The translations under genes were made by a program, and so were the position numbers. Below the pieces are notes generated by a model, which ran no database searches, had not been told where the DNA came from, and saw only the letters and a program-made list of their open reading frames with translations. Positions 48,965 through 62,178 of a stretch of DNA of 64,000 nucleotides are shown piece after piece (the stretch's first letter is position 1; each line of letters begins with the position of its first letter). The DNA is from Phoronis australis (taxonomy: Eukaryota > Animalia > Phoronida): contig NMRA01000034.1 in the NCBI GenBank assembly GCA_002633005.1, positions 1,487,540 to 1,551,539 on the forward strand. The letters are read 5' to 3'.

Positions 48965-50265
48965 CGAGGTGAATTAAACATTCTCTAACTGGCTGCAATA
49001 CATTTTAATTTTTTTTCTATTACATTTAGAGCACTTCTGAGCGCATTCCCAGTTTTTTCTACCTAATTCCGATTTTAAGCAAGCCACACTGGTTGCTTAA
49101 ACTTGGAATAATTCAATTTCTTCTGTAAAAAATTCGCGCTGTGAACCAAACCTTCTCTTAATGATTGCAATACAATGTAAATGCATTTTCTATTACTTTC
49201 GAAACACCTATGAATGCATTGGCAGTATTTTTCTACCCAATTCCAAGATTAAGCAAGGGCTTGGCTCGCTTCAACTTGGTATAACTCCATTTCTGCTTCA
49301 CAAAAACTCACGTGGTGAACCAAACATTCTCTGACCGGTTGCAATACATTTTAAATGCTTTTTTCTATTACCTTTAGAATACTTCTGAGCGCATTCGCAG
49401 TAATTAAACCCGGTAAATTCAACGTTTAAGCAAGATACCCCCTTACTTTAACTTGGAATAATTCAATTTCTGCTTTACAAAAAATCCCATAGTGAACCAA
49501 ACATTAGGTAACTGGTTGCAAGACATTTTAAATGCATTTTCTAATCATTTTGGAACACTTCTGAGCGCATTCGCAGTTTTTTCTACCCAATTCCAAGTTT
49601 AAGCAAGGGCGTGGCTCGCTTACACTTGGAATAATTCAGTTTCCGCCTTACAAAAAATCACGTGGTTATGCAAACATTCTTTCACTGGTAGCAATACATT
49701 GTAAATGCATTTTCTATTACTTTTGAAATGGCTCTGAATGCATTTCGTAGTAAATTTTACCCAATTCCAAGTTTAAGCAAACCACGCCCTGGCTTAAACT
49801 TGGAATAATTCAATTTCTTCTTTACAAAAAATCGTATAGTGTAGCAGATATTCTCTGACCGGTTACATCATGTCATAAATGCATTTTCTATTACGTTTGG
49901 AACACCTCTGAATGTATTCTCAATTGTTTTCTACCCAATTCCAAGTTTAAGCAAGCCAAGCCCTTGCTTAAACTTGGAATGATTGTTTATTAGCTTTACA
50001 AAGTCACTTGGTGAACCAAACCCTATCTGGCTGGTTAAACTATGTTGTAAGCACAACTTTTTTCTTATCTTGAGACTTTGTTGAACACGTTAACAATTAT
50101 TTTCTTCCGAATTCCACGTTTAAGCAGGCCATTCTATTTTCGCTTTACAAACCCTATGTTGTGAAGTAAGCATTCTCTGAAAGATTACAAGACATTATGA
50201 ACAATTTTTTCTATCCCTGTAAATTATCGGCGATTAATTTTTACCCAATGCCAAGTTTAAAAGAT
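48965..50265. repeat. ~174-bp tandem array (6 full plus 2 decayed units), each with an ~18-bp stem-loop
   Basis: Loop cores start at 49083, 49257, 49434, 49607, 49781 and 49955 (spacing 173-177). Perfect stem attccaagtttaagcaag / cttgcttaaacttggaat at 49938-49980. Confidence 0.92.
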
Positions 50266-53200
50266 GACTGTAGTAAACCCAAAACGAATCCTCTCTGGAT
50301 AACATTACTGATACACAGGTGAGTTAGTTATATGCGTCTGGCACTCTTTTCTTTCGTTCTATTATATGAAAGGCGGTATTTCTAATCTGACCAAATGTGT
50401 TTTAGGCCCCTGGCTTGGGTTCAGGAAGAAAAACAACACATTTTATCTATGAAGGTTCGGTTCCAAGGGCTTCAGTTGTGTCGGATTCTCATGTCATGGT
50501 TTTTACTTGAGACACCTGAGATTTGCCTAGGTGATTCAACGGTGCAAAGATTACTGAGATGTAATTTCGGTCCGACATTTCGTTGTTCACTTAGCCTGCA
50601 TTACACTCAGACTGACAGATTTAGGAGGGCCCACCGGGGTCGCGGTACAAGACAGGACAATGTCAGTAATGCCGTTTTTGGGATTTATTGTTGTTGGAGC
50701 CCCACCCCACCACATCCCACCTACAAGACCGCCACTCAACTAGTACAGCACTACCCTGGCCGGCCGTCGAGGCGCCGACGCAGCGTCTCGGCTTACCTCC
50801 GTCGACAGATAGGAAACGGTCAGGGCACAAATTCTTGATCCTCTTTCAAATGACAAGTAGTTAACAAGTTGCCGGTAGGCAAAATACACACAGTAGCGTG
50901 AAGAGGTTTGGGGCGATTTCTTTATTGCATTCCTCTAATCAAATGAATGCAGGACCCTTATACTAAGAAAAATAAAAAATACGAAACATAACATAGAAAT
51001 TTTATTTAATTACAAATCAGTCACAATTTCAAAAAGTTTATTCATAGTAATTGGATGACCCCCCGATGTGGATCGATGCCCGTGCCTGTCGCCCCGTCGC
51101 CCCGTCGCCCCACCACACCCCCTTCTGCACTGTACTGATTTTACAACAATGATTATTTTGAAATCATGATTTCTGAAGCCCAATTCTAGACAACACGTAG
51201 CCCCTCGGCTGGCTGTACGTCTGCGGTGTGCATCGGCGATATAATTGCCTAGCCCACTCACAGCCAATTCTGGGGTGTATTGCCGTTCAGTTGAGTCTTC
51301 TTCCAGCACAATGGACAAATTTCCGCCGCAACAACCAGGAGACGACGGCGAATTTTTATTTTGTTATTCCTACAAAATGGAACGTAGAAATTAGAGGGAC
51401 AAACACAGTGATATACCGAGAATGATATGAAAATTTAGTTATCGCGTGTGTCAAACAGAAGTACAGTTGGCGGGACCCAGGACAAAGTTTCAAAAAGCAG
51501 GACCGTTCTGCGACAGCCAAAAACTGGATAGTTGGCAGGTACACGGCACAAAATTCAGCTTGGGAAATGAGTTTCGCATGAGAGGAGTGGTTTATATGGG
51601 CAGCAGAAGAGGCAAATATTATTTTTAAAAAATCCTAATTTGTAAACTCAATGCTCTTTAATCAATTCACTCTTAGTTGAAAAAAATCAATCCTACAGGA
51701 AATTCAATGCAACTCTATAAATTCAACCCTGTTATATAAATTCAATCCTATTCAAAACTATTTTAGAAAATGAATCCTATTTTTAGAAATCCAGTGCTAC
51801 TTTATAAACTTTCTGCTAACCTTCAGTTAGCAGAAAGCCCCAGTCAATATTATTAGACTTAACTATAGGTCACGTGATGCCCTTCCCCCCTAAATACGCC
51901 ACTGGGTAGAGCCTGGTAGTGGAAAGCAATACGAGTTCTTTAAATCGAAAGACATGGCTCTTGAAATTGACGGATTTGCTACAAAAACATCTGCCTGCCC
52001 GTCAGTTGTTTGAGGTACCACCGCCTTTAAGGCAAATCACCTGTCCACGAAACAATACCGATGAACGACCTGTGTCATGACTTCGTCGTAGCCCACATGC
52101 AGCTTTTGAAGGTATCCCATTGAAATACAGTTTCCACAAAGATCTATCCGCCAGAGTCTTCACTGCAGGATTACATATGACTTCCATTGAGAACACGCTT
52201 TCAGTATTCAGAATTTCTAAAAGACGGGTTTATTGATTTGGATGGTGTAACGACGTGGTCATCTAGCTGTTGCACTTCGATGTCTTGGTTGAATTTGTAA
52301 ATGTCTTCTCCGGCAGTTGTAACTTGATAATTATTTCTAATATATTTTAAATAATTACTGATATACAACGGTCTGTAAGTGCCCAGATTTTATTGGAAAG
52401 AGCTACAACCCCTTCCGAGGAGTAATAGAATGACCAATAGAAATTTTCCCTTTGAGTTGAACGGCCTGCTGTGTCAGATTGTAGCAATTTCCGAGAGGGC
52501 GCTCAGAATGAGATGATGTCTTATCCGATACATGCCGGATGATGCAGGCGTGTAAGTTCCGTTATTCATCAAGTTTTAGTCTGGATGACAATTCTCCACC
52601 CGTGACAACAGTGTGGTGTCCAGTTCGTTGTAATATATTTTAAGTGTTGGCTGTATTTAATTGTACTGTGGGTTGTACACATGGGTCGACGACGCACATG
52701 CATTTCAATGTATAGATCTATCCATCTATCAATTTCATTATCATTCGTTTACACATGACGTTTGTTACTTTTCTTGCTGCTCTTTCTAACCCCTACTAAC
52801 AATTGCACTAATGTACTAACAGGTGTCCTAATATCTAATAAGAGAGACAGCATGAACGAACACGTTCAAAGTCACAAAATGCATGTTGAATGGTGTTAAT
52901 TGAATTCCTCTGCAGACGCCACAACCAGCAGTGGTTCCCGTGATCGATGACTGCCGAGGTAAGGAAGAAAGGAGTTTTCAATAAGTCTCCGAGTGGAAAA
53001 TTGAAAACAATCTTTGATTTGTCGATTGTTTGTAAATATTATTAATGCACTTTGTATATTTACACCCTACCCATACCCCCAACGGTAAGCTGTGAGCCAC
53101 GGATAACCGAAATGGATGAAGGAGGACGGAAGACGAAAATCAACAACCGAAGATTAAAATTAAGAAAGGTAATATAATGTTGCTTGCGTGTCACAGTGCA

Positions 53201-54499
53201 ATACGTAGATACTTCGAACTTTCACAAGTCCAAAGGCCCATAATCCAAAAAATGAAAATATTTTTAAAAGGCCCTGTGAAGGCCGAAGATTCACAAATCC
53301 GACATAATGTAAAACTAGTTAGTTCGAAACTAGTCTGAGGGTCTATGACACCAGAGACTAGTGATTTAAAGTGGAACTTGCACCCTATTTCCTTATTTCT
53401 GTTATTGCTTGATCATATTAGGTTGAAACCCAGTATATAGCGACAATGTGAATATGAAGTAAGTTGAACATTACCAAATTCTAAGAACGAGTGTGGTATT
53501 GAAAATGATCCGCCGTAAATCACTCTACCGTTAATATCGCGACCTGGTGTTGGGGAACAACACTGCATGACGTGGGCTATGTTGGCCCCCAAGGTACGTC
53601 GCTAGTACAAGTCTGGCACTAAAAAGATACTACACAATTTCGAAAATTATAAATTGAAATTTCGTGACACGAGGTTCTGATCAGTAATTTGGAGCAAAAT
53701 GTTCGGGGATTTATAGGCACGTACCTGTTTGAAACTACTTCCTCGGAGAGCCAGTGCCTTTCAAAAGGATCCAAACAAAATTCGGCAATGTGCACTGAGC
53801 TGATTGATATTATCATAATTACATCGGCCAAAAGATATTGATTTAAAAATCGATATGTTTTGGCCGCAAGGTTTAGAGCATCTTTTTTGTAGTGTGGTCA
53901 AATTCGCAGAAAGGAGGGTATGCTTTTGCAAAGCTCTCACAAAAACTGTGCTTGCATTATCGCAATCACGCACAGCGCCATTGAAGTAATAAGAACTTTT
54001 TAAGAGGTGTTTGGGATTAAATGATCAATTTTACTAACTATGGCATGTATTCTGAGCTTTTTAGTCTATTTAAATCAGTCAGTAAATTTTCTGCTTTTGA
54101 TGTTTTTAGGTCGTCTAAAATGAAAAAAACGGTGCTAGTCTGGTTCGGTGGCAATTATAAGGACAACATGAGGAATGATTGAATGGTATTCACTAGTTAT
54201 TTTAAGTTATTATGATAAAAACACTCATTTTTGTTTGTTGACCGACAGAATACAATCCTATACATTCACCAACAACAGCACTGTAAGAAATCCAGTTTTC
54301 TGATATTTTTCCTCTTTGCAGCGGCGTTGCTTTATTTTCCTAACCAATTCAATTTACACTTTACGTTGTAAAATACATACACTGAAAGTTTTCAGTTCAG
54401 CTCAAATATGTTCTGTTCTTTCTCGGGGGTTAATTTCATGTAATCTTAATTGCTTTATTTTATTTGAGTAATTTTACAATTGTCAAACCACTGGATTTT

Positions 54500-55272
54500 G
54501 ATGGACGCTTGTAATTACGACCGACACTATTATAAAGCTAGCGTTTTACTACTGTAATTCTGATATCCAATGATAAATTGGTCTGTTGGTCACGTGAGCT
54601 CTGAAGCAGTTGCATGCTCGTAAATTTACGTTCGTCATTTTACACTAGTAATTATATGTACGTTATTTTACGCTCGTATTTTTGCACATATTATGAAGTG
54701 TTCAGAAGATAAAATCCCAGGTGCAAAATTTATCAGAGCAAAAGATTGAAAAATATCGATGACTGACTGAATTTTTTTACTTGCTGCCCTAGCTATCCGT
54801 TTTATTACATACTGAGCTGCCAAAATGTATATCTAGCAGGTTGTCTTATTTCATTTGTTAAAATTACCATGCTTTTTTCATTATTTGGACCAAGTTTCGT
54901 TTTCTTACTCTTAACGGTGCGTGCAGATAATATGAAATTGCAAAAACAATGGTTCAAATCGGTTTCTGGGGGTAACGCAGTTTCCAAATGTTGACGGTAA
55001 ATTATTCATTCTTTATTCAAGACACTTGGATAACAAACCATTTGCACCACAAAACAATATCAAATGCTGGTGATCTCGTGGACTGGTACTTGAATCAAAC
55101 GGCTACTTGTTAAAATTACGAGCGAAAAATACGAGCGTAAAATTTCGAGCGTAGAATTTCTGCTGAGCTCACGTAAACTACAAACCAATTTCTCATTGGA
55201 TTTAACGATTACGGTCGTAAAACACGAGCGCAGTCTCTGTTGTAATTGCGATCGTAATTACGGGCGGCACTA
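54500..55272. mobile_element. Fold-back/MITE-like element with ~170-bp imperfect inverted arms built of TTACGCTCG-like submotifs
   Basis: 54503-54685 is the diverged reverse complement of 55110-55270 (e.g. tccaatgataaattgg..cacgtgagctc vs gagctcacgt..ccaatttctcattgga). Confidence 0.7.
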
Positions 55273-55551
55273 ACTTCCGAACGAATCACGATTATATCCG
55301 AATAATTGAGAACCAAACAAATCAGAGTCAAAAGGTATGGTGTGTCTCATCTGAAAGCATCCCGGAAGTTTTAGCTTTCGACTGCATGGTTGTACTTGTA
55401 TGATCTATTGAAAGTATTCATGTGCATGGTTTTATAACTGGTTTCAAACCACAGAGCAGGAAACTGGTATTTGTATAGGCTAATTAGAAGATCTTTTGTA
55501 AGCGACTTCGCTTTTTGTCAAACTACTAGATTTTGATTAACTAGTGTGTTA

Positions 55552-55626
55552 TTATGCGCCCACATATCTATATGTGGACGCATTATGCCGTCATCTCCGT
55601 CCGGCGTCCGTCCGGCGTCCGTCCGG
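55552..55626 (+). mobile_element. Isolated 5' head of the HINE/Helentron-like element
   Basis: atgcgcccacata..tatgtggacgcat hairpin plus (CGTC)n, same as at 58117 and 61084. Confidence 0.75.
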
Positions 55627-58112
55627 AACCATGACGACCGTGATTTCATACCTTCGGGTCTCACTGTACATGTATCTCACTTGTTGTTGTTAACTGAGGG
55701 CAATGAGGTAGTATAGGTTTTATCGCTTCTAAAGAATTGGTTTTCTTTTACCTTTTTGCAGTTGTTTGTTCCGACTTGACCATTTGTCAAACGACAGGAC
55801 TTTGGCTGACCAGTCTACAATTAACATGCGGGACCTGACGTCGCGAGCAGTTTACAAATGATGCTACAGGACCACGAATAACACCAGAGCCAAGAGTTAT
55901 GGTACCGTTCAGCTGGAAGTCACCGGTTCGGTCTACATGCATGTACTCGTATGAGCCATCAAAATATGAACAAACACTTGTTTGATTTGGAAAAGCGAAG
56001 TAAAACTACTCGCCAGTCATTCAGGCATCTGTCTTTATTCATGTACACTGTTTCACACCTGGTTTCAAGGCACAGTTTCCCAAAAAGCGTAAATTTCTGC
56101 TAAAAAGGTACATTGACAGTAAGACAACGGTATTAATAACAAAGTGGATATTCGTTTGATAAACATGTTCCAGGAGTGAAACACTGTAAATGTTCTAAAA
56201 TTTAATCATTTCGTTTAATTTTGTGAACAGTGTTTAATCATAGTATACATCAACTTGAACAGCTATTTTAAAGTTAAAGAAATGTAGACATTTTTTCTAT
56301 GGTCATACGTGACCTAAACAAGGACGACCCTGACCTCGCCAACACTAGCAGCGAACCAAAGATGTCGCTGAGCCACCAGATTCGGAAAGGTTAAAAAATC
56401 ACGGGAGTTGCCTCTTACGTGAAGGCGCACGCCATGAGATTCTGTCTTACCCGATACATGAAGGACGATGGAGGTGTTTAACTTTCGTTATTGATATCAG
56501 TTTTGTCTGGCTGTTTCTTGCAGTTACAGTTCCCACCTTTGACAACTCTTTGTGGTATATAGATCTTTGCAATTAATTTCAAGTATTGAGAATTGACTGT
56601 ATTTTAGTCGTGCTCTTGGTTGTACTCAAGTATTGGTGCTTGGGTGGTGATGACGCACATGTACTTAATAGATAGATCTCTCCATCCATTATTCACTTGC
56701 GCTAGACGTATGTTACTTGTCCTACTGGTATATTCGCGTTGACGCTAACGCTCATTCTAACCCTGACTAACAATTGCACTAACATACTAACACAAGTCCT
56801 GACATTACAAGAGAGACAGCATGAAAAAATCCAAATGACGTTCAAGGTCGCATGCTGAATGGTATTATTTGAATTCCTCTGCAGATGCCGCAATCAGATG
56901 GAGCTGAGAAGTGGCTGCCGTGACATCGACAAGGATTTTTCAGTTAGTAATACTATTCGACTTGCAAATTGAAAACATTAGTTGATTCCTCGATTGTTAT
57001 TAATGCTGGTTTTTGTTTATTTACGCGCCATATTCACGCAACAACTATACGATGCTACCCACGGATAACAAAAACGGAAGAAGAACGATGGAAGACCGAA
57101 ATTAACCACCGAAGACTAAAATTAAGCAGGTAATTGACGTAGCTTGCGAATCATAACACATTAATGTAAAAAGAATCGAGCTCAATACTGTGATGGTTCA
57201 GAAGCCTGAAGGTAAATTATGCGACAAATGAAAATTGTTTTTATAAAGACCCTATAAGTCCGAAGGTTCAGAATTTAAACAGACAGAAAAGCCAGTTATT
57301 TCGAAGCTAATCCAAAGGTCCGTGACACCCACAAGCGATTAAGTCATCTACAGCGAAGCATCATACTTTTAGTGGCTGAAAATGTAAGATGCAGCTCAGT
57401 GACCATTGCCGAACTTTGTTTGGATCCTTTTGAGTAGCATAGGCTCTTCAAATAACTAGTTTCAAACGAACATGTGTACATGTACATGTACATGTATGTA
57501 AGCTCAGAACATCTTGCTCGAAATCACTGTTCAGAACCTCGTGTCCTGAAAGTTCGAACTTTAAGGTTTCGAATTGATAGACTTTTGGACTTGTGTGGAA
57601 CTTCGGATTTAGGGACTTTTGGTCTAGTTAACGTTCATCGACCCAAACTCTCTAATTTTTAGATATATTCCGGTAATATTGGTTTTTCACTTCTAAGGGG
57701 TTGATCTCCTTTTAATCTTATTGTAGATGTTTAACGACTTGGCCATTTGTCGAACAACTGGACATTGGCTGACATATAAAACATGCAGGAACTAACGTAG
57801 AGAGCAGCGACAGCACACCAAAGGTGCCGTAAGACCACTAACACTACTGGCACCAGTTCATCTGTCAACATGCTGGAAGTTACCGGTTTCGATAACATGT
57901 GTACCATCAAAATATGACCAAATACTTGTTTGATTTGGGAAAGCGAAGTGAATAATCTACTTGCCAATCATTCAGGCATTTGTATTTATTGATGTACACT
58001 GTTTCATACCTGGTTTATTCCTGAAGTGATCTCAGAAATAGTGTTAGTGGTCTAAAATATGATCATTTCATTTTCGTTGTGTGAATGGTATTTAAATCAA
58101 AGTATTTGACAT

Positions 58113-60513
58113 TTTTATGCGCCCACATATTTATATGCAGACCCATTATGCCGTCATCTCCGTCCGTCCGTCCGTCCGTCCGTGCGGCGTCCGGCGTCCG
58201 CTGCTCTATCTCCAAAACCCTTTGGCATATGTTCCATTCATGAATGGGACGGCATGAGCTTACTTTCGGACGGATCCGACTACCGGTGAGCCCCCTAGTG
58301 GCAATTTTAGTTTATTACGCTTACCTTTGAGTCTTCAAATGTCCTTAACGGATTTTCGTGAAATTTGGTATGTAGTCACCTATTAGTGGGATGACGCTAT
58401 TCTCCCGTTTTTGAATGGATTCGACTTAGTTTGCGCCACCTAGTGGCCATTTTTACTGTTTTTGAGTCTGTTTTTTGCGTCCACCCCTCTATCAACCAAA
58501 CCGCTCAAAGGATGATTGAGAAAATTGACATGTATGTGCTTACTATAAAGAGGACGGTTGACGATGATTTTCCGACGATTTTGACTACTGTGGCTCCTCC
58601 TAGTGGCAGTTTTTTTTTGCGCCCATGGCTGTATCTTCTAAACCATTCGCAGGATCTTTACTTAATTTAGCAAGTGTATTTATATGATGTTGACTACGGA
58701 TGACGACGACTTTCGGACAGATCTGACTACTGCTGTGCCCCCTTGTGGCAATTATAATTTTTGTACCTTTAACTCTGTATCTTCAAAGTTCTTCAATAGA
58801 TTTTCATAAAATTTTGAACATAGGCATCTATTATTGTGATGACGCTATCTTCCTGTTTTTGGATGGAATCGAGGTATTTTGCACCACCTAGTGGCTATTT
58901 TGGCTATTTTCAAATCTTGTTTTTGGCGTCCACCCCTGTATCAACCAAATCATTTGAAAATTGGCATAAATGTTCTCAGTGTGAAGACGACCTTTACTAA
59001 ATCTCGTAAGTGTGTTTATATGAAGATAACAACAGACTACTATGACTTTCAGGCGGATCCAACGGACACTGTGTCCACTAGTGGTAATTTCATTACTCTG
59101 CGCGTGTAAGCGCAGAGTCCAGTTGTTCCTGGGTTTTCTTCAATTTTCTTCTTATTATTATTCTTCTTCCGACCAACTTTGAGGCTTAATAAGTCCAAAA
59201 TGGGTGCAAGTATGTTCTTTAAATTCTGCATGTGATTTTTGGCAGTACATAAATTTTGATTCGTTATATAATCATAATCCATATTGCACCGAAAAAGGTC
59301 ATTTGGTGCAAAGGTCATGTAATTTTCAAAATGCTACTCCTTCTTCATTTTTAAAGCTATTCTTATCAAATTCGGTGCACAGGAATAAATCGAAAAGCCA
59401 ATTTAAAAAATTACTTTTCTAAGTAATCGGGTCATCCAATCAGGTGAAATAGGTCAAAGGTCATTAGGTGCAAACTAAAATTTTGAGCTAGACACTTCAA
59501 ATTGACAGGTCTGATTGGCACAGGTAATTCAATTTGGAATCCAAAGTTTCAGGTCATTTAGAGCAAACATGGGGTCATTAGGTGCATTTTTCTTCTGAAA
59601 TTTTGACCTTTTCAATCGGCAAGTATTCTGATGTGTCAACCGTTAGACAACTGTGATTCTCAGCATTAAACACATTTTTTATGGGCTTTGCAATAATTCT
59701 CCTAAAGACGCTTACAATGCACCGGATAGGGTAAATTAGTGCAAAATGTTATATCTCTTACGTTTTTCAAGGAATTCTTTTCAATTTCAGTACACTGGTG
59801 TAAGTCAACATGCCAATTGAATACCCTACTTTACTTCGCAATAGGCCTAACCAATCAGAAAAAATAGGTCAAAGCTCATTGAGTGCAAACTAAAATTTTG
59901 AGCTAGAGACTTCAAAATTACATATCTGTTTACTAAGTGCGATTGAGTTTGAATTCTAAATTTTCAGGTCATTTGGTGCACCCATGGGGTCATTAGGTGC
60001 ATTTTTCTTCTGAAAGTTTGACCAAATCTGTCATCTTGTAATCTGAAGTGCTTAAAGTAAAACATCTGTGATTTTTAGCATTAACCACGCCTTTAATCGA
60101 GTTAGCAATTACTCCCTCATCGGGGCTCATAATGCACTGGAAGAGGTCAATTAGTGGAAAGGTCATCAAAAAATTAATATGTAATTTCTCCTACAATTTT
60201 AAAGAATTCCTTTTCATATTGGTAAACGGGTTGCTGTCAGTAACTTCCCATAATAATTCCAGTAATACGCACGCGCAGAGTCCGTTATTGTCACGCCGTG
60301 ACAATAATCTTTCTAGTTTTATTCTGTTTTCCTTTGTTTCTCTGAAGTTCCTTGACAGATTTTTTATGAAATATGGCATGTTCCTGTTTTTGGATGGATT
60401 GTATGTTTTTGCGCCATCAGTGGCCATTTTTATGATACAAATAAATAACCTTTAAAGTACACCATTTGCAATGCATTCGTGGGCGCATTTCAACGCTCCG
60501 CGTTGCTCTTGTT
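58113..60513 (+). mobile_element. Full-length non-autonomous Helentron (HINE/DINE-1-like) element
   Basis: T-run, 5' subTIR atgcgcccac (58117), (CGTC)n microsatellite, internal cctagtggc repeats, 3' subTIR gtgggcgcat (60479-60488), stem-loop caacgc-tcc-gcgttg, then TT. Confidence 0.8.
59092..60320 (+). mobile_element. Second HINE/Helentron family nested in the first
   Basis: 5' subTIR actctgcgcgtg (59095) plus IR gcgcagagt, (TTC/TTA)n, ~416-bp internal repeats (59436 and 59852), 3' subTIR cacgcgcagagt (60270-60281), hairpin ttattgtcac / gtgacaataa, then ctagtttt. Confidence 0.8.
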
Positions 60514-61079
60514 GGAATTGTAAACGTTCAAACCCTCGAACCTCGTGGTTTCATACCTTCTGTCCACACTCTATCTCACTTGTAGTTTTCAATTTAAATC
60601 ATATGACGTTGCGAGAAGTGACAGTGTACCAAAGGTGTCGCAGGACCACTTACACGATTAACACCAGAGCCAAAAGGTATGGTGACGTTCAGCTGTAAAC
60701 GTCATGGATATAATTACATGTTTTAACTTTATGCATTCTATGAGCCATCAAAACTTTACCGAACACTTGTTTGATTTGGAAAAACAAAGTGAAAAATCTA
60801 CTCGCCAGTCATCCAGGCTTCTGTCTTTGTTCATGTACACTGTTTCACACCTGTTTCAGCGCACAGTCCCTCAAAAACCGTAAAATTTAGCAAAAGACAA
60901 AGGCACGTTGATAGTAATACAGCGGTATCAATAACAGATAGAATATCATTTGATGAAAACCTTCCTGAAGGGATTTCAGAAACACAGTTATTGTTCCAAA
61001 ACATGAGCATTTCATTTTCGTTTTATGAACGCTGTATGAATTATGGTATTCGAATACTTAACTTAAATCTGAACAGCTT

Positions 61080-61738
61080 TTTTATGCGCCCACATACTTA
61101 TATGTGGACGCATTATGCCGTCATCTCCGTCCGTCCCGGCGTCCGTCCCGGCGTCCGTCCCGGCGTCCGTCTCGGCATCCATCCGGCGTCCGGCATCCGC
61201 TGCTCTATCTCTAAAACGCCTTGACGAATGTTCATGAAATTTTGCACCTTCCTTCCGTAAATGGGATGTCATGAGTAAACTTTTGGACTTATCCGACTAC
61301 AGATGTGCCCCCTAGTGGCAATTTTAGTTTTTTACGTTTACCTTTGTGTCTTGAAAAGTCCTGAACGCATTTTCATAAAATTTGATATATAGGCACCTAT
61401 TAGTGAGATGACGCTATCCTTCCGATTTCAGATGGATATGAAGTAGTTTGCGCCACCTAGTGGCCATTTTTACTGTTTTCGTGTCTGTTTTTTGCGTCCA
61501 CCCTCTATTAACCAAACCGCTCAAAGGATGACTATGAAAATTGGCATGTATGTTCTTACTATAAAGAGGACGGCTGGCGATGATTTTCGACTACTGTGGC
61601 ACCTCCCTGTGGCAGTTTTCCTTTGTTTTTCTGAAGTTCCTTGATAGACTTTTATGAAAAATGGCATGTTCCCGTTTTTGGTTTGTACGTTTTTGCGCCA
61701 GCTAGTGGCAATTTTTATGATACAAATAAAGAACTCTA
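61080..61738 (+). mobile_element. 3'-truncated copy of the first HINE family
   Basis: Same head, (CGTCCCGGCGTC)n variant microsatellite, body collinear with 58200-58620 and 60325-60450; no 3' subTIR. Confidence 0.8.
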
Positions 61739-61991
61739 AAAGCAGATGCCACAACCAGATGGACTTGAGCAGTAGTTCCTGTGGTCGATTTCTGCCGGCA
61801 CAGGGTCAAGGATTTTTCAATTAGCATCCGAGCGGCAAATTGAAAACAGGTGACTTGTCGATTATTTGAAAGTTTTATTACACAAGTTTTTGTCTATTTA
61901 CACACTATACCATACCCCAACGATATGCTGCGACCCACGGATACCAAAAACGGAAGAAGAAGGGTTTAAGACGAAAATTATGAAGGTGAGC

Positions 61992-62178
61992 TAACGTTCC
62001 TTGCATAAATAGGGTACATTTCGGCACTCTGAAGGTTCTGAAGTCCTGACACCCAAAATACGTCTATTGAAAACGTTTTTAAAAATAACGTTCCTTGCAT
62101 AAATAGGGTACATTTCGGCACTCTGAAGGTTCTGAAGTCCTGACACCCAAAATACGTCTATTGAAAATGTTTTTAAAG
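61992..62178. repeat. 94-bp near-perfect tandem duplication
   Basis: taacgttccttgcataaatagggtac...ctattgaaaa starts at 61992 and at 62086. Confidence 0.9.

Noticed and set aside
48965-50265. CRISPR-like array (palindromic repeats at regular spacing)
   Set aside because: The intervening sequences are homologous to each other rather than unique spacers, the context is eukaryotic, and there are no cas genes.
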